DNA of 64,000 bases from an uncultured Chloroflexia bacterium (GCA_963776385.1 CAVZME010000011.1:138807-202806); one strand, 5' to 3'. Numbered from the stretch's first letter, positions 1 to 10,522 are shown. Notes: generated by a model from the sequence alone, not told the origin. Translations and numbers: made by a program.

Positions 1-352
1 TCTCGAGGTCAGGCTCAGCCTCGGGCTCCGGCGCGGGCGGTTGCGGATCCCCACGGCCGTGTGGCCCGGGGTCGCCGGCGTCGTCGTCGATCGTGGCAAG
101 CGATGAGTCGGCGCCGGCCATCGCCGCCGGCGGGATCTCGACGAACCGGATGTGGAGGTACGGGAAGAAGAAGATCGACTTGGTGTCATCGACGAAGACC
201 GGCCGTTTGCCGTTCATCATGCGCAGGTTCGTGCAGCGCAGCCCGACATCACCCGGCGAGGGCGGCTCGTACAGGTCCGCCAGCAGGGGTTGCTCGTTGT
301 TGAGATGAAGGATGACGTTGCGGATCACGACTCGATCGTGGCCCGCGCGCAC
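1..352 (-). CDS. conserved hypothetical protein, partial (C-terminus beyond window start)
   Basis: Minus-strand frame is open from GTG at 352 (alternative GTG 328) to position 1. My translation ..VIRNVILHLNNEQPLLADLYEPPSPGDVGLRCTNLRMMNGKRPVFVDDTKSIFFFPYLHIRFVEIPP.. has ordinary, non Arg/Pro-skewed composition. It is missing from the ORF track only because no stop lies in the window. No family recognised. Confidence 0.5.
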   Translation of the reverse strand, partial: MRAGHDRVVIRNVILHLNNEQPLLADLYEPPSPGDVGLRCTNLRMMNGKRPVFVDDTKSIFFFPYLHIRFVEIPPAAMAGADSSLATIDDDAGDPGPHGRGDPQPPAPEPEAEPDLE

Positions 353-379
353 CGCCGCGTCAGTCGTCCGATGGTCCGG

Positions 380-1988
380 TCAGGGATGGTAGAAGTCGAT
401 CACCAGTCGGACGCGGCCACTCGCCACCCAGACGCCGATCCCGACCCGGTCGTACTTGGCGTTCATCATGTTCACGTAGTGGCCGCCGTTGTACGACTTC
501 TCGCTCTGGAAGAAGAGGTGCGAGCCGAGCACTGACGCGCGGGGACTGCCGGCGCGACAACCGAGGTTCTCGGCCCAGCGTGTAGTTGGTGTAGCCCGCG
601 CGGCGCAGGCGATCGCCCGGGTTGCCGCCGATGAAGTGGCTGCACTCGCCACCGACGGCGAGCTTCTTGGCGTACGGACGGCTGACCTTCGAGCTGATGC
701 CGCTGGACAGCTTGAGCGGGGCGACGTTGCGGCCGCCCGGGCTGCTGCAGGCGCCGGTCGACGTCACCCAGCCGCCCGTCCGGGTGCAATTCATGAGTCC
801 GAGGTAGTAGGTCTCCACGGCGGCCCAGCTCCCGCCACCGACCGCGCCGCCGCCGCCGGAGATGGGCGTACTCGGCGCGGTCGTCGTCGTCGATGACGTC
901 TTGAACGCTGCCGAGACCGGGGCCGCGATGTGGACGCCGGCGAGGTTCCGGGCGATCGTGCTCACGGTCATCGTGACGGTCTTCCCGGCGGGCAATGCCG
1001 ACGACGGTGTGAAGACGAGGACCGTGTCGCGCTCCGCCCACTCGGTCCTGCCGGCGATGGCTTTGCCACCGACCGTCACCGAGAACGCTCGAGCGGTGCT
1101 CCGTCGATCCATCGTCTGGCTGAACCGGACTGACAGCACGGCCGCTCGCGTCACGCCGGCGGAGTCGCCGTGCGGTCGGAACCGGATGATCCCCGGCACC
1201 GTGGTCGTATGGACGGTGAGGCCGATCGGATCGACCGATGCACCGTCACGGTCGCGGACACCGGACACGACGAGTCGATAGTCGGTGTCGGGGCGCAGCG
1301 GCTCGGTCGGCTGGAACGTGAATCGCGCCTGGCTCTCGCTCGGGCTGCTCGAGCTGACGACGCCGGAGGTCGGCGGGTCGAGGCGGATGGCGGTCTGGAC
1401 GGTCGCGGCATCGACCGGCCGGGCGAAGGTCACCACGAAACCTGTCGTCACGGCGACACGAGAGCCGAGTGTGTCGGTCGCGGAGATCGTCCCGGTCGTC
1501 GCGGCCCGGGTCAGGAAGACCGCTCGTGCGGATCGGGTGAGCGGCCGGCCGTTGCGGGCGAGCGCCCCTGCCTGGACCGTCACCGTCTGCAGCACGCCGG
1601 CCGACCAATGGTCCGTCGGGGCGACCGTGAGGCTCAGGCCGTCCGGCGACCAGGTGAGATCCGTCTCGGTCGGGGGCACGACGGTCAGGCTGGCTGCGAC
1701 CGAGTCGGCGTCCATCGGGCTGCTGAAATGGATCGTGACCGGCTCGGTCAGGCCACGGTCCGTCGCGACGGTCGTCTCGAAGGCGGCCTGGGTGAGCGGG
1801 AGGATCGGGACCGGGGCCGTGGCGACGGCCGTCGGCGGCCTTCCGGCGGCAAGGACGCCCATGCCCACCAGGACCGACAGGCTGAAGGCGACGCCGATCC
1901 GTGCCCTCGCCGAGCGTCGCAACGGGACGCCGACGAGGATGACAAGGGTGATCGGGACGGCCAACAACGCTGTGGCGGCGTGACGCAA
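380..1988 (-). CDS. membrane-anchored protein with Ig-like (SbsA/Big_5-style) repeats and C-terminal CAP/SCP/PR-1 domain; one apparent frameshift
   Basis: Merges ORFs 360..2201 and 380..652. AGGAG lies 6 nt before TTG at 1988. TM helix ALLAVPITLVILVGVPL. Repeated about 90-aa modules (VTIHFSSPMDADSVAASLTVVP, FVVTFARPVDAATVQTAIRLDP, LSVRFSQTMDRRSTARAFSVTVGG). CAP signature GHYVNMMNAKYDRVGIGV at the C-terminus. Frame change near 576-583 (..GYTNYT | WAENLGC..). Span 1609 nt = 3n+1. Confidence 0.7.
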
Positions 1989-2121
1989 TAGACGCTCCTG
2001 CTCGTGGTCTGGGGACCGATCGGAGGCGGGCCTCGAGGGCCGCTCTGGGGGCGGGCGACCTCGGTGAGGGTAGCACCGGAGCCCTGCCCCGGGCAAACGC
2101 GGGATCGTCCTCGAGCGCCGA

Positions 2122-3382
2122 TCAGACGCTGTCACGAGGGCGCTGTCGCTTGGCCGCCGGGTCCGCCGCGGCAAGGCCGCCGGCCGGTCGGTACCGTCCA
2201 TGGACCCCGACCGCGAGGCCGCTTCGCTCGAGCATCGTGAGCGCCGCGAGCACCGTCGCGACCGGCCAGCCGGTGACCGCGACGAGCTCGTCGACGGTCG
2301 AGCGGCCGCGGACGATCTCCCTGCCGAGGCGACCTGCGACCTGCCCGACCTCGCTCAGCGTCGCGGCCAGGTCCACGGGGATGCGTGGCTCCGTCAGGCG
2401 ATCGGCCAGGCCGAGGTCGGCGATGAGCTGCGGGATGCCGGCGACGATCCGGGTCCGCTCCGGGAATTCGCGCAGGAACGCGAGGCAGCCTGCCGAGGCC
2501 GGTGCGTCGATCGGCCCAGGGACGAGAAAGCACTCCCTGCCCTGCTCGAGCGCCCACGATGCGGTGATCAGCGCTCCACTCCGGGCCGGTGCCTCGACCA
2601 CGACCGTCGCGTCGGCGAGGCCACTGATGATCCGATTCCGTCGCGGGAACGTGCCATGACTCGGCCGTGTGTCGGGCGACAGTTCCGATACGAGCGCGCC
2701 ACCCGCCTGCACGATCGAATCGGCGAGCCGGTCGTGCGCCCTGGGATGGAGCACGGCGTGCCCCGACCCGATGACCGCAACGGTCGTGCCCTTCGCGTGG
2801 ACGGCGGCGGCGTGGGCGGCATCCATCGATGCCCACGGCGAGTCCCGAGATGACACTCGCCCCGACCTCGACGAGGTTCGCCGCGATCCGTGCCGCGATC
2901 GACCGACCGACATCGGTCGCCCGACGCGTCCCGACGACCGCGACCGCCGCGTCGACGCTCAGGGCGGCCGGATCGCCGCGGACGTACAGCAGGTGCGGTG
3001 GCATCTCGATCGCGCCAAGGCGGGCAGGATAGGCGGGATCCTCGACGGTGATGACGGCCAACCCGAGTTCGCGGATGCGACCGAGCGTTGCGGGCGCGCG
3101 CGCCGCGGCGTCGGCGATGGCCGCCGCGAGCGTGGGCGCGAGCGCGTCACGTGCTCCCGGGCCCGCCCCATCCGTCCCTGCCGCGCGAACCATCCGCTCC
3201 GGGCCACCCGGCGATGAGGCTTCGCCCAGGATCGCGACGCCACTCCCGTACCGTTGCAGCAGGGTGCCGAAGCCGACCGGTCCGAGGCCGAACACACCGG
3301 CCAGGACGGCCCACGCATCGCGCTCCGCCTGGCTGGGTCCCGACTCCACCGACCCGCCCGTCGCGTCGCCGGAGCGCGTCAT
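2122..3382 (-). CDS. dprA: DNA-processing protein DprA; one apparent frameshift
   Basis: Merges ORF 2132..3640 (N-part) and 2122..2913. DprA core ..VVGTRRATDVGRSIAARIAANL..SGLAVGID | AAHAAAV..TTVAVIGSG..FPRRNRIISGL..VVVEAPARSGALITA, plus a C-terminal winged-helix-like tail. Start ATG 3382 (alternative GTG 3424 directly after the comM stop). Frame change near 2822-2832. Span 1261 nt = 3n+1. Confidence 0.85.
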
Positions 3383-3425
3383 CGATCCGACACCGACCGG
3401 CCCGGCCGCCCCGACTCCGATCACG

Positions 3426-5018
3426 TCAGCGTGCCTCGATGGCGGCGAGGCGCATATCGGCCGAGCGATACCAGGCCGCTTCGGCCAGGTGCTCGTCGCG
3501 GACCGATGCGGAGTCCGCGAGGTCTGCGATCGTCCGCGCGACCCGCAGGATCCGCTCCGTCCCGCGACCACTCGCCCGTTCCATCTCGGCGAGATGGATG
3601 ATGTGTCGCTCCGCGGCCGACCCCAGTCGGCACGCCTCACGCAACACGCGTCCGGTCAGTCGCCCGTTCAGGATCCCGGGCGGGCGGCCCAGCGCGACGC
3701 GTCGAGCTGCCTCGATCCGCGGTGCGACCTGCGCCGAGCCCTCCGGCTCGACACCACGGACGAGCAGCGACGGAGCCACCCGGGGCATCGAGATCCAGAT
3801 ATCGATCCGGTCGCGGAGCGGACCCGAGATCCGTCGCTGATATCGCTCCGGGACGAGTGGCGGACACGTGCAGGCACGGTCCGAGGAGCCCGCGAACCCG
3901 CATGGACACGGGTTCATCGCGGCCACGAGCTGGAACCGGGCGGGGAAGGTCGTGGCCCGTCCGGCGCGCGAGATCGCCACACGCCCGGCTTCGAGCGGTT
4001 GGCGGAGTGCCTCGAGGACGTCGCGGTCGAACTCCGGCAACTCGTCGAGGAACAGGACGCCCTGGTCGGCGCGGGTGATCTCGCCCGGTGACAGGTGGGG
4101 GCCGCCGCCGACCATCGCGGCATATGACAGCGTGTGATGTGGAGCGCGGAACGGCGGCCGGCGCCGGAGCTCGCGGATCGGACCCTCGCCAGCCGCGGAC
4201 GCGATGACGGTCGCGGCCAGCGCCGCTCGATCGTCGAGCTGCGGGAGCAATGCCGGGATCGTCCGCGCCAGCAGTGTCTTGCCCGAGCCCGGCGGGCCGA
4301 TCAACAGCAGGCCATGCCCGCCGGCGAGGGCGACCTCGAGGCCCCTCCGCGCGTCGGCCTGACCCCTGACCTCCGACAGATCCGGGCCGGCCGCGCTGTC
4401 GCCGTCCGACGGCCCGGTGGGCACGGTCCCGGGCTCATCGTCCGTGGCGGCCCCGCCCTGTCCGGCGATCAGCTCGATTCGCGCCGGTGCCGGCGTCACG
4501 CGCCGCGACCGCCGCGCCTGGATGATCTCGACCGCGTCGCGCAACCGCCCCACGCCCGAGACGGCCATCCCGTCCACGAGCATCGCTTCGTCCACTGCGT
4601 CGGCGGCGACAAGCACGCGGCCGATGCCACGCCTGGCCAGGGCAGCGACCATGGGCAGGACGCCCGGAACAGGCCGGACCTCGCCACCGAGGGACAGCTC
4701 GCCGATCAGCGCGACGCTCGCCGACCCGGCACGGATCTGCTCCGACCCGAGCAGGATCCCGACGGCGATCGCGAGATCGAGCGAGGCTCCCGTCTTGCGA
4801 AGCTCGGCCGGCGCGAGGTTGACGGTGATCCGTCGCGGTGGGTGGGTGAAACCATCGTTCCGGAGGGCACCACGGACGCGCTCGCGTGCCTCTTGGAGTG
4901 CGACATCGGCCAGCCCGACGACGGTGAATCCCGGCAGCCCGGGCGCGACGTCCACCTCGACCCGGATGAACCGGCCGGCGAGGCCGTGGAGAGTCGCGGA
5001 TGGGACGATCGCCAGCAC
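3426..5018 (-). CDS. comM: YifB/ComM family Mg-chelatase-like AAA+ ATPase
   Basis: Single 530-aa ORF. N-terminal Lon-protease-like domain, Walker A GPPGSGKTLLA, ChlI-type AAA+ core, and the C-terminal helical part typical of YifB/ComM. Sits immediately upstream of dprA, a common pairing. Confidence 0.9.
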   Translation of the reverse strand: MLAIVPSATLHGLAGRFIRVEVDVAPGLPGFTVVGLADVALQEARERVRGALRNDGFTHPPRRITVNLAPAELRKTGASLDLAIAVGILLGSEQIRAGSASVALIGELSLGGEVRPVPGVLPMVAALARRGIGRVLVAADAVDEAMLVDGMAVSGVGRLRDAVEIIQARRSRRVTPAPARIELIAGQGGAATDDEPGTVPTGPSDGDSAAGPDLSEVRGQADARRGLEVALAGGHGLLLIGPPGSGKTLLARTIPALLPQLDDRAALAATVIASAAGEGPIRELRRRPPFRAPHHTLSYAAMVGGGPHLSPGEITRADQGVLFLDELPEFDRDVLEALRQPLEAGRVAISRAGRATTFPARFQLVAAMNPCPCGFAGSSDRACTCPPLVPERYQRRISGPLRDRIDIWISMPRVAPSLLVRGVEPEGSAQVAPRIEAARRVALGRPPGILNGRLTGRVLREACRLGSAAERHIIHLAEMERASGRGTERILRVARTIADLADSASVRDEHLAEAAWYRSADMRLAAIEAR

Positions 5019-5103
5019 GCATCGCAGGCTACGGTCGGGCGCTCACCCGGCGGTCAACCGTCACTCATCTCGGGCTTACCCGGCCGTCGCCGGGAGCGGA
5101 CAG

Positions 5104-6268
5104 CTACCGGGCGCGTACGGGCTCCGCGGCGGCCGCAACGGGCTTGTCCATGGCACGCGCGAAATGAAGCAGTGATCCGCCGAGCGTCGAATCGGCCTTG
5201 GTGAACATGAATGGCGCGCCGGAGTTGAGCGCGCTGATCGCCCCTCGGTACTCGTTGACGATCTGGTGCTGGATCGTCCGCTTCAACGCGCCCTCGGCGT
5301 TCTTCACGTTGATCCCGGTGAAGGCATTCGAGCGATTGAGCACGAGCTGGACCTTGTCGGCCGGATAGCCGAGATGATCCATCGTCTCGATGATCAGGCG
5401 CACGTTCTTGAGGCACGACAGGTCGGCGGTCATCACGACATAGACGGTCGCGGCCGCTTCGAAGACGCCCAGGTTGACGTCGTCGAGCCGCTTGTCGATG
5501 TCGATAAGGGTGTAGTCGTAGAGCGAGGCGAGCTGTTCGGCGATGAACGGCAGGTGTTCCGGCCGGACGAGCTCGGCTGTCTCCGGCGAGGGCGGGGCCA
5601 GCAGCAGGTCGATCCCCGAATCGTGCTTGACCATGACCTGGCGGATCAGGTCGGCGTCGATGGTCGGGGCCGAGACGACGTCGACGATGCTCTTGCGGTC
5701 GAGGCCGAGGTCGAGGAACACGCGGTGATCGCCGAACTGCAGGTTGCCGTCGACCAGGCAGACCTTGCGTCCGAGTTCGCGATGGAGCGCGATGGCCGCG
5801 TTGATGGCGATCGTCGTCGTGCCCACGCCACCCTTGGCGCCATAGAACGCGAGCACGCGACCGAGCGGCGGGCGGACGGCCGCTTCCTTCGGCGCGAAGC
5901 GGGCGAGCAGGCTCTTGATACGGGCGAGGAGTTCGGCCGGGTGGAACGGCTTGATCAGGTAGTCGTCGGCGCCCGGCGCGCAGGCCGCGGACCTTCTGCT
6001 CGACCTCGCGCTCGGCGGTCAGCATGATGATCGGGACGTGGCTGGCGTTGCCCTCCTCGGAACGGATCTTCGTGGCGACCTGATAGCCATCGAGCTTGGG
6101 CAGCATGACGTCGAGCAGGATCAGGTCCGGCGCCTCGGCGCCCCACAGGCGGAATCCTTCGGCCCCGTCGGGCGCCACGATGACGTCGTAGCCCTCCTGC
6201 TTCAGCGTGTATTGCAGGAGTCGCTGGACGTTCGGGTCGTCGTCGACGACGAGGATCTTGGCTGCCAT
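5104..6268 (-). CDS. CpaE-type protein: receiver (REC) domain fused to MinD/ParA-family ATPase; one apparent frameshift
   Basis: Merges ORF 5054..6268 (REC: MAAKILVVDDDPNVQ..LILLDVMLPKLDG..IIMLTA) and ORF 5104..5856 (deviant Walker A GAKGGVGTTTIAINAA, ..LVDGNLQFGD..). Frame change near 5969-5976 (..GLRAG | ADDYLIKPF..). Span 1165 nt = 3n+1. Confidence 0.8.
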
Positions 6269-7353
6269 CAGTCCTCCACGGAACTCGCCGGGTCGGGCAC
6301 ATCAGCCGGGTCGGGTGGGTCAGGATCAGGCCGCCCCGGCGTCGCGATTATAGGGTCCACCTCCTCGTCCGACGTCGCGGCTGCCAATCCGGCCCTCAGG
6401 AAGGCGGTGACGGCCGACTCGTAAGTCGTCGGATCGGTCGCGTGAGCCGTGGCGTGGTCCGCCCCGGGGATGACGAGGTGGATCGTGCCGGGCGGAGCCG
6501 CCGCAGCCAGGCGCCGGGCATCGGCGATCGGCACCGTGCTGTCCGCCTCGCCCGAGATGAGCATGAGGGGCGTCCCATCGAGGAGGCTGATGACGCGGAT
6601 CGGCTCCGTCTCGCGCGGATCACCACCGAGCTGTCGTGCCGCGGCATCCAGGAGGCGGTCGGCGACCAGCCGACGGCCCGGCGCCGGCAGCCGCGACCCG
6701 ACCGACACCGCGATCTCCGGCGGCACCGAATCCGCGACCACCGCGACGATCCGCGGACGGCGCACCGGTGTCACGAGCGCTGGAGCGTCGGGCTCGGCGT
6801 CGGCCGCCGGCAGCGATCCGTCGCCGAGGACCGCGATCGAGGCGAGTGCGGTGATGCCGCCCATCGAGCTGCCGACCAGGGCGACACGTTCGATGCCCCG
6901 CTGGCCGAGCCAGGCAAGGGCTCCGGCCACATCGTCGACCTCGCGGAGGCCGAAGGTGGCGGGCGATGGGTCCGACCCGCCATGGCCCCGGAAGTCGAGT
7001 CCGAGGACGCCCGCCGTCCGGCGCAGGAACGGTCCGTACTCGACGAGGTCGGGCACCGACGACCCCGACCAGCCGTGGAGCAGGACGATGGCGGCGTGAG
7101 GGTCGGGGCGCCAGCGACCCTCGCCGGGATCCGAGTCGGCGGGCAGCCAGCGCGCGGACAGTCGGAGACCGTCCCGCGAGCGGAACCGGACCACTTCGCC
7201 ACCGAGCGCGTCGAGCGCCGGCATGAGTGCCGCTTCGTCCCGGGTCGTCGCGGGCGCGTCGAGAAGGCGACGGGTCGCGCGTCGGGCGACCACTCGGAGC
7301 GTGACGACGGAGACGACTGCGGCCAGTGATGCGGCGGCCGCGCGCCGGATCAC
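6268..7353 (-). CDS. alpha/beta-fold hydrolase with N-terminal hydrophobic segment
   Basis: 362 codons from GTG 7353, which overlaps the upstream stop as GTGA (the track start at 7410 would overlap the upstream gene by 61 nt). Motifs ..IVLLHGWSGS.. and nucleophile elbow ..LVGSSMGG... Stop overlaps the next start by 1 nt. Confidence 0.8.
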   Translation of the reverse strand: MIRRAAAASLAAVVSVVTLRVVARRATRRLLDAPATTRDEAALMPALDALGGEVVRFRSRDGLRLSARWLPADSDPGEGRWRPDPHAAIVLLHGWSGSSVPDLVEYGPFLRRTAGVLGLDFRGHGGSDPSPATFGLREVDDVAGALAWLGQRGIERVALVGSSMGGITALASIAVLGDGSLPAADAEPDAPALVTPVRRPRIVAVVADSVPPEIAVSVGSRLPAPGRRLVADRLLDAAARQLGGDPRETEPIRVISLLDGTPLMLISGEADSTVPIADARRLAAAAPPGTIHLVIPGADHATAHATDPTTYESAVTAFLRAGLAAATSDEEVDPIIATPGRPDPDPPDPADVPDPASSVED

Positions 7354-7946
7354 GACCGACCGGCCGTCAGCGGACTGTCGGCGAGCAGCTCGAAGACGAG
7401 GCGGCTCCACGTCTCCATCCGGTCCGTGACCGCGGCGACCTCGGCCGGATCGGCGAACGCGCCGGTCAACTTGTCGGTCTCGCGGATGGCGACCGGCCGG
7501 CCCTCGGCCTCGGCGACGTAGACGGCTCCCAGGTGGACGGCACCGACCTCGGTCGTGTCGTCATTGAGCAGCGCGATCAGTCGGAAGGCCGGGACGAAGT
7601 CGGCGACGAGTTCCTCGTGCCACTCGCGCTCGAGGCCGCCCAGCAACCCGCCATCGCCCGGATTCAGGTGGCCCCCGACGCCGATCGAATACCGGCCATG
7701 AAGCCGGGCGTCACCACCCGCGGTGGTCCGCTGCATGAGGAAGTAACGCGGACCATCGCGCAGCACGAGGTACGGGATGACCTGCTTGAACGAGGGATCG
7801 CGCTCCATCGCCTCGCGGGACTCGTAGCGGCCATCCCGCTCGAGGGCGGCCACGAAGGCGTCGAGGCCATCGGTCCGGAGGCCGTACCAGCCCGCCGCAT
7901 CCGCGATCGCCGCACGCGGCACGACGTAGACGCGTTCGTCGCTCAC
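7350..7946 (-). CDS. Nudix-like hydrolase family protein
   Basis: 198-aa ORF with Nudix-box-like GGHLNPGDGGLLGGLEREWHEELV. GTG start overlaps the tyrA stop (GTGA). Confidence 0.6.
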   Translation of the reverse strand: MSDERVYVVPRAAIADAAGWYGLRTDGLDAFVAALERDGRYESREAMERDPSFKQVIPYLVLRDGPRYFLMQRTTAGGDARLHGRYSIGVGGHLNPGDGGLLGGLEREWHEELVADFVPAFRLIALLNDDTTEVGAVHLGAVYVAEAEGRPVAIRETDKLTGAFADPAEVAAVTDRMETWSRLVFELLADSPLTAGRS

Positions 7947-8809
7947 GGGCGCTCGGCCAGGATCGCCCGCGCTGCCGCCAGCCGGTCGCTGAGCGAACCC
8001 TCATCAGGACCGTCCGCCTGCTCCAGCTCGGCCAGCCATCCATCGAGGACCGCGCGCAGGTCGCGCAATCGTGCGGCGACGGCCGGCGCGTTCGTTGCGA
8101 GGATCGCGGCGCCCATCGACGGGTCGCCGCGGGCAACCCGGGTCGTGTCGCGCCATCCACCCGCGGCCAGCGACGCGGCGGTGGCCCAGTCGTGTCCCCG
8201 CTCCCCGACGGCCTCGACCAGGGCTGCGGCGACGACCAATGGCAGATGGCTGATCCCGGCGACCGCGCGGTCGTGGTCGGCCGCACCGAGGCGGACCGTC
8301 ACGCCGTGGCAGGCATCGATGAGTGTCTGCACCCGCTCGAGGTCGGATGGGGTCGCGTGGGCACCGGGCACGACGACCCACGGCCGCCCGACGAAGAGAT
8401 CCGGCAGCGCGGCGCCGTAGCCCGCGCTGTCGAGGCCGGCCATCGGGTGCCCACCGACGAAGCGGAGTCCGGCGGCGTCCGCCCGGCCGACGATGGCCGC
8501 TTTCGTGCTCGCGACGTCGGTCACCACGGCGTCCATCGGCCAGGCACTCCGCCACGGGCCGGCCAGGTCGTCGATGAGCGTGAGGCAATCGGTCGCGGGA
8601 GCGGCGAGGACGATGATGTCGGCGCCGGAGACCGCGACCCAGGGCGACGTCGCGGCACGATCCAGGACGCCCTCTGCCTCCGCCGCGGCCGGGCCGTCGC
8701 CGGACGGCGACCAGCCTGCCATCGTCCAGTCACCGAGCGCCTGGTTCGCCCGGATGGCCCGCGCGATGGAACCCGCGATCAGGCCGAAGCCGAGGAAGGC
8801 GACGTGCAT
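7943..8809 (-). CDS. tyrA: prephenate/arogenate dehydrogenase
   Basis: 288-aa ORF. N-terminal dinucleotide fold FLGFGLIAGSIA, plus ..FVGGHPMAG.. and ..AADHDRAVAGISHLP.. patterns of TyrA-family dehydrogenases. Confidence 0.85.
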   Translation of the reverse strand: MHVAFLGFGLIAGSIARAIRANQALGDWTMAGWSPSGDGPAAAEAEGVLDRAATSPWVAVSGADIIVLAAPATDCLTLIDDLAGPWRSAWPMDAVVTDVASTKAAIVGRADAAGLRFVGGHPMAGLDSAGYGAALPDLFVGRPWVVVPGAHATPSDLERVQTLIDACHGVTVRLGAADHDRAVAGISHLPLVVAAALVEAVGERGHDWATAASLAAGGWRDTTRVARGDPSMGAAILATNAPAVAARLRDLRAVLDGWLAELEQADGPDEGSLSDRLAAARAILAERP

Positions 8810-8833
8810 ACCGGCGAGTATCGCAGCCGCCAG

Positions 8834-9136
8834 TCAGCCCCGTCCGCGGCGCCGCGTGGTCCGGCGGTCGGCAACCCGTCGCTCACCGGCCGCGGCGTCG
8901 GGTGGCCCGGCCTTCTTGCCCTTGCCACGACCCTTCGGTGGCGCCGGCGGCGCCGGCGGGCCCGGATCGTCCGGCGGGTTCTTGCGCCTGTTGTCGGTCC
9001 GTCGCTCGCCTTCGCGCCGATCGTCGAACAGAGGCGAGCCGCATCGCGGGCAGCGCCGTTCGTCGGCGAACAACGAGACGAGCGGCGTGACCGTGTAGAG
9101 CTGACGGCCACACGACCGACACGACAGGTTCGGCAT
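8834..9136 (-). CDS. small zinc-ribbon protein with basic disordered tail
   Basis: 100 aa. CRSCG ... CPRCG pairs, followed by an Arg/Pro/Lys-rich tail. GC3-rich like its neighbours. Packed between trpB2 and tyrA on the same strand. Confidence 0.55.
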   Translation of the reverse strand: MPNLSCRSCGRQLYTVTPLVSLFADERRCPRCGSPLFDDRREGERRTDNRRKNPPDDPGPPAPPAPPKGRGKGKKAGPPDAAAGERRVADRRTTRRRGRG

Positions 9137-9151
9137 GGCGGGCGGGCCTGC

Positions 9152-10522
9152 TCAGACCTTCGGCAGGCTCGCGAGTGCCGCTTCCACCTTCTCGCGTGGG
9201 TACTCGTAGTCCTCGAGGGTCCCGTCGAGGTAGCGCTCGTAGGCGGCGAGGTCGAAATGGCCGTGGCCACACAGGTTGAACAGGATGACCCGAGCCTCGC
9301 CCGCTTCCCGTGCCTCGAGCGCCTCGTCGACGGCGATCTTGATGGCGTGGGTCGGCTCGGGCGCCGGCAGGATGCCCTCCGTCCGGGCGAACTGGACGCC
9401 GGAGTCGAAGGTCGCTCGCTGGTGCACGCTGCGCGCCTCGATCGAACCGTGCTCCTTGAGCAGACTGACCAGCGGCGACATGCCGTGGTAGCGCAAGCCT
9501 CCGGCGTGGATCGGCTCGGGGATGAAGTCGTGCCCGAGCGTGTGCATCTTGATCAATGGCGCCATCTGCGCGGTGTCGCCGAAGTCGTAGGCGTAGACGC
9601 CCCGGGTCAGGCTCGGCGCAGCCTCCGGCTCGGCGGCGATGACGCGGTACTTCCTGCCCTCGCGGAACATCCGGCCCAGCCACGGGAAGGTGAGGCCCGC
9701 GAAGTTCGAGCCGCCTCCGGCGCAGCCGATGATGACGTCGGGCTCCTCGCCGGCCATCGCCATCTGCTCGATCGATTCCTGACCGATGACGGTCTGATGG
9801 AGAAGGACGAAATCGAAGACCGAGCCGAGGGAATACTTCGTGCCGGGATTGGTGACGGTGTCCTCGATGGCCTCACTGATCGCGAGGCCGAGCGAGCCCG
9901 TGTGGTCCGGCGTCGCGGCCAGGACGTTCCGCCCGACCTGCGTGTCGAAACTGGGGCTGGGCACGACCTCGGCTCCGTAGGTCTCCATCAGGATCCGCCG
10001 GTACGGCTTCTGGTCGTAGCTTGCCCGGACCATGTAGACCTTGACCGCGAGGCCGAACGCTGCCCCGGCGAAGGCCAGGGCGCTGCCCCACTGACCGGCG
10101 CCCGTTTCGGTCGCAAGACGGGTGACGCCCTCCATCTTGTTGTAGTAGGCCTGGGGCAGGGCCGTATTCGGCTTGTGGCTTCCGGACGGGCTGCCGCCCT
10201 CGTACTTGTAGTAGATGTGGGCCGGCGTATCGAGCGCTTGCTCGAGGCGGTGGGCGCGGAAGAGCGGGCTCGGCCGGTACAGTCGATACGCATCACGGAC
10301 CGGTTCGGGGATCTCGATCTCGCGGTCCTGGCTGACGACCTGCTTGATCAACTCCATCGGGAACAGGGGTGCGAGGTCGGCCGGTCCGATCGGCTGACCC
10401 GTGCCGGGATTCAGGGCCGGCGGCGGGGCGACGGGCAGGTCCGGGGCGATGTTGTACCAGGCGCGCGGGATCCGGGACTCATCGAGCACGAACTTCGTCT
10501 GCCGGGGATCCGTCGGCGCCAT
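9152..10522 (-). CDS. trpB: TrpB2-type (long form) tryptophan synthase beta-like PLP enzyme
   Basis: 456-aa single ORF. PLP-lysine region ..[16 protein letters not shown].., ..[11 protein letters not shown].., and the N-terminal extension typical of TrpB2. AGGAGAG lies before the ATG. No trpA in the window. Confidence 0.9.
   Translation of the reverse strand: MAPTDPRQTKFVLDESRIPRAWYNIAPDLPVAPPPALNPGTGQPIGPADLAPLFPMELIKQVVSQDREIEIPEPVRDAYRLYRPSPLFRAHRLEQALDTPAHIYYKYEGGSPSGSHKPNTALPQAYYNKMEGVTRLATETGAGQWGSALAFAGAAFGLAVKVYMVRASYDQKPYRRILMETYGAEVVPSPSFDTQVGRNVLAATPDHTGSLGLAISEAIEDTVTNPGTKYSLGSVFDFVLLHQTVIGQESIEQMAMAGEEPDVIIGCAGGGSNFAGLTFPWLGRMFREGRKYRVIAAEPEAAPSLTRGVYAYDFGDTAQMAPLIKMHTLGHDFIPEPIHAGGLRYHGMSPLVSLLKEHGSIEARSVHQRATFDSGVQFARTEGILPAPEPTHAIKIAVDEALEAREAGEARVILFNLCGHGHFDLAAYERYLDGTLEDYEYPREKVEAALASLPKV

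Noticed and set aside
2122-5018. The comM-dprA pair as evidence for a competence island.
   Set aside because: This pairing is widespread, including in bacteria not known to be transformable. No com pilus or DNA-uptake channel genes (comEA, comEC, comF) occur in the window.
5104-6268. A Tad/Flp pilus locus, implied by the two CpaE-type genes.
   Set aside because: No CpaF/TadA-type ATPase, TadB/C, prepilin peptidase, pilin or secretin-like ORF lies next to either copy or elsewhere in the window.
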